DNA of 16,373 nt. Origin: Planctomycetota bacterium. Lineage in GTDB: Bacteria; Planctomycetota; PLA2; JAEUHO01. The stretch lies in assembly GCA_965223505.1 (NCBI GenBank), contig CBDCWP010000022.1, forward strand, positions 1 to 16,373. The letters are read 5' to 3'. The notes under the pieces are model-generated. The model was not told where the DNA came from and made no database searches. It saw only the letters and a list, made by a program, of their open reading frames with translations. Each line of letters opens with the position of its first letter. Position 1 is the stretch's first letter. Both the position numbers and the translations under genes were made by a program. This document shows, in pieces, positions 1 to 8,384 of the stretch.

Positions 1-274
1 GCGGGCCTGCCCCGCCGTGCACGATCGACTTCGGGAACTTCGCGCTCAGCAGGAAGCCGGGCGGCGTCTTGTCGTTCCAGCCGTCCACCAGCCGCGCGCT
101 GGGGATCGCGTAGTACGTCGCGTCCACCTCGACCGTGTCGAGCTGCTGCGCGTAGAAGCTCAGGTACTGCCCGGCGGGCGTCCGCTCGGGATAAAAGGGC
201 CCCACCCAGTCCTTCGACGAAAAGGACGAGGTGCCGAACCGCACGCGCGCCGCCGGATCGTAGAGCTGGCTCAT
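1..274 (-). CDS. DUF72 (YecE-like) family protein, 3' end runs off the window
   Basis: Not in the ORF track; my translation from ATG at 274 is MSQLYDPAARVRFGTSSFSSKDWVGPFYPERTPAGQYLSFYAQQLDTVEVDATYYAIPSARLVDGWNDKTPPGFLLSAKFPKSIVH. The GTSS..W.G.FYP, Y...F/LDTVE.D.T.Y and W...TP..F....K.P..I.H motifs are typical of DUF72. GGAGG RBS at 283-287 (minus). Confidence 0.88.
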   Translation of the reverse strand, partial: MSQLYDPAARVRFGTSSFSSKDWVGPFYPERTPAGQYLSFYAQQLDTVEVDATYYAIPSARLVDGWNDKTPPGFLLSAKFPKSIVHGGAGP

Positions 275-282
275 TCTGCGGG

Positions 283-299
283 CCTCCGCCGGGACTATA
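283..299 (-). promoter_or_regulatory. Putative -10 (TATAGT) and Shine-Dalgarno (GGAGG) for the DUF72 gene
   Basis: Minus strand reads TATAGT (294-299) cccggc GGAGG (283-287) cccgcaga ATG. Confidence 0.45.
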
Positions 300-323
300 C
301 GGCCGGAACGAACGCGATTTCGC

Positions 324-352
324 TTGCCAGATAGTTGTTGCAACATTGAATT
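324..352 (+). promoter_or_regulatory. AT-rich putative promoter/operator upstream of yceI with palindrome TGTTGCAACA
   Basis: TTGCCA (324-329), 17 nt spacer, weak -10 TGAATT (347-352). Perfect 10-bp palindrome at 336-345 lies within the spacer. Confidence 0.4.
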
Positions 353-398
353 GTCGGGCCGTGGCAACCGGCGTCCCCTCAATCAAGGAGCTCCCACC

Positions 399-1001
399 AT
401 GAAGCGCCCCCTCGTCTACCTCTCCCTCGGCATCTGCACCGTCGCCGTGCTCGCCGGACTCCTCTTCGTCTCCACCCCGGCCGTCGAGGCCGAGCCCGCC
501 GCCTACGTCATCGACGGCGGTCACTCGTGTGTTCTGTTCAAGATCAAGCACTTCGGCGTCAGCAACTTCTACGGCCGGTTCAACACGGTCGAAGGCAAGC
601 TCAACTACGACAGCGAGAATCCCGGTGGCTGTTCGGTCGACGTGACGATCCCGGTCGAGAGCATCGACACCAACAGCAAGGACCGCGACGCGCACCTCAG
701 AGGGCCCCGAGTTCTTCGACGCGGCGACGCACAAGACCATCACGTTCAAGAGCACCAAGGTCGCGAAAACGACAAGGCCGACCATCTCGACGTCACCGGC
801 GACCTCACGCTCCTGGGCGTGAAGAAGCCGATCACGATCCGTATGGAGAAGATCGGCGAGGGCAAGACCCGCTTCGGCTACAAGGCGGGCTTCGAAGGCA
901 CCGTGACGATCAAGCGCAGCGATTACGGGATGAAGGCGATGATTCCGGCCCTCGGTGACGAGGTCCAGCTCATCCTCTCGTTCGAGTGCAACCGGCAGTA
1001 G
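399..1001 (+). CDS. yceI: YceI-family (polyisoprenoid-binding) protein with signal peptide; internal segment ~701-770 reads in a shifted frame
   Basis: ATG at 399 follows AAGGAG (385-390). Hydrophobic leader ends VEA. Motifs [60 protein letters not shown]. The expected [16 protein letters not shown] segment is in the +1 frame at 709-768. Confidence 0.9.
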   Translation: MKRPLVYLSLGICTVAVLAGLLFVSTPAVEAEPAAYVIDGGHSCVLFKIKHFGVSNFYGRFNTVEGKLNYDSENPGGCSVDVTIPVESIDTNSKDRDAHLRGPRVLRRGDAQDHHVQEHQGRENDKADHLDVTGDLTLLGVKKPITIRMEKIGEGKTRFGYKAGFEGTVTIKRSDYGMKAMIPALGDEVQLILSFECNRQ

Positions 1002-1039
1002 CGGACCCCCGCGTCCCGGCAGCCTGACGAGCCCCTTAC

Positions 1040-2028
1040 GGCACGCGCGCCGCCGTCTTTCCGGTGGTCATCGTCTCGGCCGACCGTTCCATCGACCAGG
1101 CCGCCGCGCCATCCAACATCAGCGTGACGTTTCTCGGGGAGAGCGGCACCGGCAAGGAGCTGCTCGCCCGCGGTTGCATCAGGAAAGTCGTCGTCAGAAC
1201 GGCCCATTCGTCGCGCTGAACTGCGCCGCCATGCCGCGGGATCTGCTCGAGTCGCAGCTCTTCGGCCACTGCAAGGGCTCGTTCACGGGCGCCGTCGACG
1301 ATCAGCAGGGGCACTTCGTGCAAGCCGACGGCGGCACGTTGTTCCTCGACGAGATCGGGGAGATGGACCCGGCACTACAAGCGAAGCTGCTGCGCACACT
1401 GCAGGAGGGCACCGTGCGGCCCCTGGGCGCGGAGGACGAGGTCGCGGTCGACGCGCGGATCGACGCCGCCACCAACCGCAATCTCTCCGAGCTCGTGTCG
1501 ACGGGCGCGTTTCGCGAAGACCTGTCCTACCGCGTGGTCGCGTTTCCCATCTCGGTGCCGCCGCTGCGCGAACGGCCCACGGACATCGCGGAGCTTGCGT
1601 ACACGTTCTTGCAGGTCCGTCGGGAAGACGCCGGCCAACCGACCGTCGAGCACTTCGGGACGCGCGCCATGGAGGCGCTGCAAACGTACGACTGGCCCGG
1701 AAACGTGCGCCAGCTCGACAACGCGGTCCACCAGGCGCTCTTGATGACCACCGACCCGACGACGATCACCATCGACGCGCCGTCGCCGGAGATCGTCGCG
1801 GCCGGGCGTTCCGCCTTCGCGCAGACGCGAAACGGGACGACGGCGTCGCAAGGCGGTTCGTCGTTCCACGACCCCTCGACCGGGCGGCTGCTGCCGCTGC
1901 GCGCCATCGAGGAGGAGGCGTTCCGGGTGGCGCTCCATGAGCATGACGGCAACACGACCCAGGCGGCCAAGGCGCTGGGCGTCGCGCGCGCGACGTTCTA
2001 CCGGCGCTTGAAGCCGTCGAAGCCGTAG
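1040..2028 (+). pseudogene. Truncated, frameshifted sigma-54-dependent (NtrC/Fis-type) transcriptional activator
   Basis: Walker [13 protein letters not shown] (1136-1171) is in a different frame from the rest: [52 protein letters not shown] and the Fis HTH ([21 protein letters not shown]). One base appears missing at ~1172. There is an in-frame stop at 1025-1027 upstream, no ATG/RBS, and only a receiver-like fragment. Could also be sequence error. Confidence 0.75.
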
Positions 2029-2029
2029 C

Positions 2030-2431
2030 TCACTTCGCCGACGGCTTCAGCGTTCCGATATACCAGGTGCCGTGCGCGGTCGTGACGATGTCGCCGGCGT
2101 CGTCGCGGCAAACCCCCTCCAGGTAGGCGATGCGCCGGCCCTTGCGCACGACCTCCCCCACCGCCTCCAACGTCGCACCCGGCCGGGCGGCCTTGCGGAA
2201 TTGGACCGAGAACTGTGTCGTGCTGCAGAACTCGTCGTCCGCGAGCATCCCGTCGAGCGCGTGCCCCATGGCAGTGTCCATCAATGCGATCGGAACGCTG
2301 CCGTGGACCACGCCCTGGATGTTCTGATGACGTTCATCGACGCTCAAGACGCAGCGCACCTTGCCGGGCGCCAACGGCGTCTCTTCGATCCCGAGCAGCT
2401 CGACCCAACCGTCACGACGTTCGATCGGCAC
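2030..2431 (-). CDS. PaaI-family (hotdog fold) thioesterase
   Basis: 133 aa, GTG start. HQNIQGVVHGS....LMDTAMG, TTQFSVQFRKAA and VVRKGRRIAYLEG match the PaaI/4HBT pattern. Confidence 0.85.
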   Translation of the reverse strand: MPIERRDGWVELLGIEETPLAPGKVRCVLSVDERHQNIQGVVHGSVPIALMDTAMGHALDGMLADDEFCSTTQFSVQFRKAARPGATLEAVGEVVRKGRRIAYLEGVCRDDAGDIVTTAHGTWYIGTLKPSAK

Positions 2432-2438
2432 CGGCGCG

Positions 2439-4973
2439 TTATCCGTTCGCCAGCTCGTTGAGACGCGTCTGAAGCACCGTCGCGCGCTTCATCTCGTCGG
2501 TGTCGGGTGCGAGCGCGAGCTCCTGCAGCCCGACGAACGGTCCGCGCAGGGCTTCCTGGGCGAGCGTCTTGTCCTTGCTCTCGGCCGCGATGTCCATTGC
2601 GCGAAGCAGCCAGGCGGCCTCGTCCTTCTTGCCTTCATCGCTGTCGACCGCCAGCGCCGCGCGTTGCTGGCAGAGCGCGATGTGCTTGCGGCGTACGTCG
2701 ACCTTGTTGCCGTTCTCGACCATCGTGACGATCTGGTTGTAGAGCTCGTGGCCGCGCTCCAGATCGGCGCGTCGGGAGCCCTCGTCGCCGACCGTCGTGT
2801 CGGCGGCCCGCGCTTCGACCAACGCGGCCTCCGCCGACAGGAAGACGACGCGATCCGTGGCCGCGGACAGCTTGTTGGCGATGTCGATGCCGACGTCGTA
2901 GCGCTTCGTTTCGATCATCTTCGTCGTGATCAGGTCGGCGACGCGCGCGTCGTGGGTGGCGTCTTCCTTCGGGCTCAGCGCCGTGATCATGCGCCGCAGC
3001 GACGCCTCCCACGCGGCGCCGAGCTCGTCGCTGTCGGCCTTCATCCATTGCGTGAAGGTCGGCATGAGCGCGAGCTCGTCGCGCAGCGCCGTCGCCGTCT
3101 TGGCGGCGGCCTGCTGGACCGGCGCCGACGCGGCGCCCGGCGCAATCAACGCGCGAACCTGCTCCTTGACGCGGCGCACGGTGCCGTCGAGCTCGCGTGG
3201 AAGCTCCTTCAGATCCGTCTCGCTCTTCGGCGGTTCGAACGCACCGAGGATGCCGATCCGCACCTCGTCGGGGGCCTTGGCGTCGGCCAGGATCAAGTTC
3301 AGGGCTTCCGCGGCCGTGCCCTTCTTCTTGTCCCACCAGATCTCGCCGAGCACCTCGACCGCCACCTTGCGCTCGGGCGCGCTCTTGCCGGTGGCAACGC
3401 GCGACAAGAGCTCGATGGTCGCCGGTTCGGGATACTGCTCGAGGTTGTAGAGGATCGTCTTGCGGACCGAGTCGTCGGTCTCGGCCGGCACGGGATCGGG
3501 AACGTCCGCGGCCAGCACGTCGGGCCGCTCGCCGCCTTCGAAGATCAGTCGCAAGAGGAGCGAAGCGAGCGCCGCCTGGGCGGGATCCGCGCGAACGGCG
3601 CTACCGCCGAGCGCGTCGACGACGGCGTCGCGTACGTCCTTGGCCGGCTGCTTTCCGTTGGCGAAGTAGTGCTTGACGATCGGTCCGACCGTCGCGCCGT
3701 CCGTCTGGCCGGAGATCTGAATGAGCTCGGCGTAGACCTCGTCGCCGTGGCCGTGCTCGAGGTGTTCTTTGATGTCGTTCAACGCCGCAACGATGTTGGA
3801 GAACGTCCCGATGACCGCCAGCGTTCGCACGAGCGACAGGCGGCGTCCCTTGGCATCCGTCTCCGCGCGCTCCTTGAGCCGCGTCACGATGTCGCCTGCC
3901 AGGGGCTCGAGCTCCGCGTTGCGCTGCGCGAACGCGGGCTTGCTCGTGATGGCGATCGCGCTGTCGAGCGCCTCGTCCTCGGGCAGTCGCAGCATCGCGC
4001 GTACGAGCTCGACCCAGTCCTTCGTCGGTTCGGGCTTGAGGTTCTCGCGAGCGTGGCGCATCGCCGCCGCGCGCAGCTCCAGATACGGCGTCTTCACGGG
4101 ATCCAGGAAGCTCATGAGCTTGGACGGCTCGGTCTTCGCCTTCACGAGCTCCTTGCCCCAGCGAATCGCATTCTCGCCGTCGCTGCTCGCGGCGCCGCTC
4201 AGCTCGCTCGCCGCCCGCACGATGCGGTGCGAGAGGTTGGCCCGCTCCAGGTCGGTCCAGTCCCTGCGACGCTCGAAGTCCGACCGCCAGGTGTTGAGCC
4301 ACGTGATCGCCTTGTTGATCTCCGGGAAGCGATGCGTCGTCAGGCGCTCGAACGCGTCGAGGTAGGCCGCCGGCGACACGCCGCCGTAGCTGTCCTCCCG
4401 CGCCTTGTTCCACAGGACGGCGAGGGAGTCCGCGACGCGGCTGGTCGTCTCGCGGGAGAGGAGCCACACGGCGCGGTCGAGCTCCTCGTTCGCGTCGGCG
4501 GTCGCGAGGATCTCCTCGGCGGCGCCGAGCAGACGATCCATGCCCTCGTTGCGCAGCGTCTCCGGGTTGACCGCAAACGACTCCTGCGTTCGGTACTTCT
4601 CGAGCAGCTTCTCGTCGCTGGCGATGCGTCGGACGATCTTCCTTGCGAGCGGGATCTTCGGCGTGTCGAGCTTCGCCAGGTACGCCGCAACGAAGCTCAG
4701 CAGACTGTTCTGGTTTTCCGGCGTGATCTCCTTGAGCAGGGCGCTGCCCGGCTCGAAGAGCGGTCCGAGGACGGCCTCGAACGCCGGGATGCGATGGGGA
4801 TCGCCGTACCCGTTGATCTTGTCGAGCACGAACCGCCATTGCCCCTTGGTGGCACCGACCTTGAGTAGCGCCGCCTGGTCTCTCGCGTTCTCCGCCTCGT
4901 CGGCGTGCGCGGTCTGCAGCGGCACGATCCATCCCGCAAGCAGACAGCAGACAAGGAACGGAACGAACTTCAC
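2439..4973 (-). CDS. Large secreted alpha-helical (HEAT/ARM-repeat-like) hypothetical protein, ~844 aa
   Basis: Likely GTG start at 4973 after a GGGGGAG RBS (the ORF-track start 5135 is too far upstream). Signal peptide VKFVPFLVCCLLAGWIVPLQTAHA-D. HEAT-like units such as KDVRDAVVDALGG, DDSVRKTILYNLEQY, APERKVAVEVLGEI and PDEVRIGILGAF. Confidence 0.75.
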   Translation of the reverse strand: MKFVPFLVCCLLAGWIVPLQTAHADEAENARDQAALLKVGATKGQWRFVLDKINGYGDPHRIPAFEAVLGPLFEPGSALLKEITPENQNSLLSFVAAYLAKLDTPKIPLARKIVRRIASDEKLLEKYRTQESFAVNPETLRNEGMDRLLGAAEEILATADANEELDRAVWLLSRETTSRVADSLAVLWNKAREDSYGGVSPAAYLDAFERLTTHRFPEINKAITWLNTWRSDFERRRDWTDLERANLSHRIVRAASELSGAASSDGENAIRWGKELVKAKTEPSKLMSFLDPVKTPYLELRAAAMRHARENLKPEPTKDWVELVRAMLRLPEDEALDSAIAITSKPAFAQRNAELEPLAGDIVTRLKERAETDAKGRRLSLVRTLAVIGTFSNIVAALNDIKEHLEHGHGDEVYAELIQISGQTDGATVGPIVKHYFANGKQPAKDVRDAVVDALGGSAVRADPAQAALASLLLRLIFEGGERPDVLAADVPDPVPAETDDSVRKTILYNLEQYPEPATIELLSRVATGKSAPERKVAVEVLGEIWWDKKKGTAAEALNLILADAKAPDEVRIGILGAFEPPKSETDLKELPRELDGTVRRVKEQVRALIAPGAASAPVQQAAAKTATALRDELALMPTFTQWMKADSDELGAAWEASLRRMITALSPKEDATHDARVADLITTKMIETKRYDVGIDIANKLSAATDRVVFLSAEAALVEARAADTTVGDEGSRRADLERGHELYNQIVTMVENGNKVDVRRKHIALCQQRAALAVDSDEGKKDEAAWLLRAMDIAAESKDKTLAQEALRGPFVGLQELALAPDTDEMKRATVLQTRLNELANG

Positions 4974-5124
4974 ACGCTCCCCCAAAGGGACACATGGACG
5001 CGAAAACGACGGACACGACTGCGTCCTCGCGCCGGAGGAGGGATCCACGCCGCCGAGTAGGCGATTGGATTCTACGCGGGAGCAATCGAAAGGCCGCGCG
5101 CCGAATGTGCTCGCGCCCCATCGA

Positions 5125-5152
5125 AGTCTACGCAAGCGTAGGGCATCGTCAA
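5125..5152 (-). promoter_or_regulatory. Putative sigma70-type promoter for the HEAT protein/thioesterase pair
   Basis: Minus strand TTGACG (5147-5152), 16 nt, TAGACT (5125-5130). The inverted repeat CTACGC-AA-GCGTAG (5128-5141) overlaps it. Confidence 0.5.
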
Positions 5153-5192
5153 CACGAACGAACCGGTCGCCAATGCGGATTTTGCCTACGAT

Positions 5193-7136
5193 TTACCGAG
5201 CGGCTGCGCGGCCTCCTTCGAACCAGCGTCGCGACACGCGCTCGATGACCTGGTCCATCGGGAGACGCGCATCGACGACGTGTCGGGCGCACGCGCGCCA
5301 CCATGCCTGCCGGCGCTCGATCAGCGTCTCACACTCTTCGTCGAGGGTCCGCGCGCCGCGCCACCGGGGACGAACGCCCGGATCCGCGCGCAAGCGCGCT
5401 GCGGCCGTTTGCGCATCGACGTCCAGGTGAACGACGATGGCGTGCGCGCGCAACGCGTCGCGGTTCACCTCGCGTTCGACGATGCCGCCGCCGGTGGCCA
5501 GCACCACGCCGCGTCGATCGAGCGCTCGTGCGAACAGGCGCTGTTCCTCGTCGCGAAACGCCTCCCAGCCGTCGCCGGCAATCCACTCCGCGGGCGAACG
5601 TCCCGTAGTGCGCTGGACCTCCTCGTCGAGGTCGACGAACGGCCTGCCGAGTCGCCGCGCGACACCGCGGCCGACGGTCGTCTTCCCGGCGCCGCGCGTA
5701 CCGACGAGGATGAGCGTCGTCGGCACTCGAACGGCGAACGCGACCACGCGCTCTACGTCGGCTTCGTCGAGCCCGGGCGTGAACAAGCGGGCTTGGTGAA
5801 CCGCTTGCGCAGCGAGCAACGCGAACCCGTCCACGACGTGATCACAGCCGCCGTCCCGTGCCTGGGACACGAGGCCCGTCGGCCCGGCGTCGCGGTACGG
5901 CGCGTCCACGACGCACAGGCCCGAGAGCGCCGTGCCGGCAAACGCCGTGACGGGCCCGCCGTCCGCACCGGCCGGGGTCGCGTTCAACACGACGCGATCG
6001 GCGTCGCGCCGCTCGTAGCGCGTTCCGCACCACGTCGCGTCCGTGCCGGCGGCGAGCACGCGGCCGGCCGACGCGTCGCGCGCCCCGATGCGGACCTCGT
6101 AGCCGCGCTGCCGCAGCGCGACGATCGCGGCGCGGGCGAAGCCGCCGGCCCCGTAGACGAACGCGCTCTGACCGGGTTCGCTCTCGGGCAGGCAATCGAC
6201 CAAGCCCGCGACGTCGGTGTTCGCGGCATTCCAACCGCTCCCGCGCCGTACGAGCGTGTTCGCGGCGCCCGTGTCGCGCGCGGAGGCATCGTGATCGTCG
6301 GCGAGCTCGTACGCGGCCTGCTTCCACGGTGTCGTCACGCTCAAGCCGTGCAGGCCGAGGTCCGCCGCTCGGGCGAGGTCCAACCCGGGGAGGGGAACGT
6401 ACAGCGCGTTGCGCTGGGCAAAGCGGAAGACGGCGTTGTGCATCGCCGGCGACGGGGAGCGCGACGGCGGCGCACCGCACAGCGCGAACATCGCCGCGGC
6501 GGGGTCGACCTCGCCGACCCGCAGTTCGTCCAGAAGATCACGAAGGCCGGGCTGGCCGTCGATGCCTTCGCAAGGCTCGTCGGGTCCGCCGTACACGAGT
6601 CCGTCCGCGGAGCGATCGACGAACGCACCACGGGCGTGTCCCAACGAACCGTAGGGCACGACGAACGCGCGGGTTCCGACCACCGACGCGTGAAGGGTGC
6701 GTGCGCGCGCCCAACCGTCGGCGTCGTCGACCGGCAGCGCGAGCTTCCACAGGCCGGACGCGTCTCCTCGTTGCGGCCGGCGTGCATGAACGGAGTGAAC
6801 GACCTCCACGTCGTCCGGCAGGTCGTCGAGATGGGGCAGGACGTCGGCTTCGACGTCCACGGCGGCGACGCCGAGCCGCGCGACGTCGGCGAGCATCGCG
6901 GCGATTTCACGGGGTGAGGCGTCGGCGCGGCCGCCTTGCGCCTTCGAGCGCAGCGTGACGAGCAACGGCCGCGGCGACGCCCGCACCCAGGCCTCGAACG
7001 ACGCGGGCTCGAACACCGGCAACAGATCGAGCCGCAGCTCGATCCAGTCTGCCGCTGGGGAAAGGCCCGCGAGGTCGGCCGGCGTCGTGACGGCAGGCGG
7101 CGCGGCGGTGACGACGTAGCGGACGCGCGCGCTCAT
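5193..7136 (-). CDS. aroDEK: Three-domain fusion: type I 3-dehydroquinate dehydratase / shikimate dehydrogenase / shikimate kinase (AroD-AroE-AroK), 647 aa
   Basis: ATG at 7136 overlaps the ispE stop (ATGA). AroD: DWIELRLD, VTLRSKAQGG, VDVE, HSVH, WKLA, DGQ. AroE: GAPPSRSPSPAMHN, SVTTPWK, GAANTL, NTD, GAGGFARA, NATPAG, DG..LL..QA. AroK: GTRGAGKTT, FVDLD, GWEAFRDEE, ATGGG. Confidence 0.9.
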   Translation of the reverse strand: MSARVRYVVTAAPPAVTTPADLAGLSPAADWIELRLDLLPVFEPASFEAWVRASPRPLLVTLRSKAQGGRADASPREIAAMLADVARLGVAAVDVEADVLPHLDDLPDDVEVVHSVHARRPQRGDASGLWKLALPVDDADGWARARTLHASVVGTRAFVVPYGSLGHARGAFVDRSADGLVYGGPDEPCEGIDGQPGLRDLLDELRVGEVDPAAAMFALCGAPPSRSPSPAMHNAVFRFAQRNALYVPLPGLDLARAADLGLHGLSVTTPWKQAAYELADDHDASARDTGAANTLVRRGSGWNAANTDVAGLVDCLPESEPGQSAFVYGAGGFARAAIVALRQRGYEVRIGARDASAGRVLAAGTDATWCGTRYERRDADRVVLNATPAGADGGPVTAFAGTALSGLCVVDAPYRDAGPTGLVSQARDGGCDHVVDGFALLAAQAVHQARLFTPGLDEADVERVVAFAVRVPTTLILVGTRGAGKTTVGRGVARRLGRPFVDLDEEVQRTTGRSPAEWIAGDGWEAFRDEEQRLFARALDRRGVVLATGGGIVEREVNRDALRAHAIVVHLDVDAQTAAARLRADPGVRPRWRGARTLDEECETLIERRQAWWRACARHVVDARLPMDQVIERVSRRWFEGGRAAAR

Positions 7137-8017
7137 GCGCGCACCACCATCGCACGTCCGGCGATGCCCTCGAGCCGCCGCAGGACCTCGTCGGCGCCAC
7201 CGGCGTCGGGGATGTCGTAGAGCGTGGAGCCGGCGCCGCTGAGCGCCGGCGGCCTTCCCAACCGCCGTTCGATGTCGGACGTGAAACGAAGCAGTGCCGG
7301 GTACGCAGCCATCGCCGGCACGGCGAGGGCGTTGTAGTGCGCGTCGCGCAGGGCCGCCGGCTCGCCGCTTCGCAGCGCGTCGACGGCGCGCGCCAAGCCG
7401 TCGGCGGGGGCGGCGCGAATCCGCTTGTCGAGCTGCGTGAAGACCGTCGCGGTCTCGCAGCCGAACGGCGGGACGATCAGGACGACGTCGATGTCGGGCG
7501 CGACCTCGACCACGTCGAGGTCGTCGCCACGGCCGCGCCCGACGCAGGCGCGTGCGAACCGGAAGAACGGAACGTCCGCGCCGAGCGTCCGGTGAACCCG
7601 GTCGAACGCGGCGTCGTCGAGCACAGGGACGGCCGCGGCGAGCGCGCGCAGGACCGCGGCGGCGTCGGACGATCCGCCACCGAGTCCTGCGCCCGGCGGC
7701 ACCCGCTTGACGAGGTGGATCGCCGCTCGCTCGATGCGCGTCGGGCTCCCTGCTTCCTTCAACGCGGCGTCGAACGCGTACACGGCGCGCCACGCGAGGT
7801 TGCGTTCGTCGCGCGGCACGGCGTCGGGACCGTCGACCTTCAGCACGACGTCGGGCGTGTCGTCGCGCGACGGCGTCGTCTCGACCTCCACCGTGACGTC
7901 GTCGCCCCACGGCAACGGCAAGAAGAGCGTTTCGAGCTCGTGATAGCCGTCGTCGCGGCGGCCGAGGACGTCCAGATACAGGTTGAGCTTCGCGGGTGCG
8001 CTCGGCTGCGCGCTCAA
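7133..8017 (-). CDS. ispE: 4-diphosphocytidyl-2-C-methyl-D-erythritol kinase
   Basis: APAKLNLYLDVLGRRDDGYHELETLF, KRVPPGAGLGGGSSDAAA, GADVPFF, LSGAGS. TTG start 1 nt after the panD stop. Confidence 0.95.
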   Translation of the reverse strand: MSAQPSAPAKLNLYLDVLGRRDDGYHELETLFLPLPWGDDVTVEVETTPSRDDTPDVVLKVDGPDAVPRDERNLAWRAVYAFDAALKEAGSPTRIERAAIHLVKRVPPGAGLGGGSSDAAAVLRALAAAVPVLDDAAFDRVHRTLGADVPFFRFARACVGRGRGDDLDVVEVAPDIDVVLIVPPFGCETATVFTQLDKRIRAAPADGLARAVDALRSGEPAALRDAHYNALAVPAMAAYPALLRFTSDIERRLGRPPALSGAGSTLYDIPDAGGADEVLRRLEGIAGRAMVVRA

Positions 8018-8018
8018 C

Positions 8019-8384
8019 TCAGCTGACCTCGAGAACCTGCTCGATGCGGTTGGTCGCGTCGGTGAAGACGACGCGCGGCTTGTGCGTGCGCGCCTCCTCG
8101 TCGGTCATGGAGGCGAAGGCCATCAGAAGCAGCCGGTCGCCTTCCTGACAGATGCGCGCGCAGCCGCCGTTCATGCCGATGACACCGGAGCCCGACTTGC
8201 CCTCGAACGCGTACGACTCGATGCGGGCGCCCGTCTCGAGATTGACGACCAGGATGCGCTCGTTGGGAATGATGTCCGTCGCCTCGAGCAGGTCGCTGTC
8301 GATCGTGACGCTCCCGAGGTAGTTGACGTCGCACTGCGTGACGCGTGCGCCGTGGATCTTGGACTTGAGCATGGTGCGGTACAT
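8019..8384 (-). CDS. panD: Aspartate 1-decarboxylase proenzyme, 121 aa
   Basis: MYRTMLKSKIHGARVT, YLG-SVTID (Gly-Ser autocleavage site), NLETGARIESY, IGMNGGCAR, GDRLLLMAF. Start set at ATG 8384. Confidence 0.96.
   Translation of the reverse strand: MYRTMLKSKIHGARVTQCDVNYLGSVTIDSDLLEATDIIPNERILVVNLETGARIESYAFEGKSGSGVIGMNGGCARICQEGDRLLLMAFASMTDEEARTHKPRVVFTDATNRIEQVLEVS

Noticed and set aside
300..398. Sigma-54 (-24/-12) promoter at TGGCA motifs near yceI
   Set aside because: GG and GC are not separated by the required 10 nt on either strand.
695..775. Programmed ribosomal frameshifting in yceI
   Set aside because: It would need two opposite shifts within 70 nt and there is no canonical slippery heptamer; indels are the simpler explanation.
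955..1170. ORF-track N-terminus of the sigma-54 activator as an intact 357-aa protein
   Set aside because: That frame lacks Walker A, which lies in another frame, and it overlaps yceI.
2361..4868. 835-aa plus-strand ORF
   Set aside because: Antisense shadow of the HEAT-like gene. High GC suppresses stops, the product is Arg-rich with no motifs, and the minus frame has an RBS and signal peptide.
7137..7910. N-terminal extension of aroDEK (905-aa ORF), which might suggest a larger fusion with IspE
   Set aside because: Arg-rich alternate frame of ispE. ispE has its own stop at 7133 and aroDEK has a coupled ATG at 7136.
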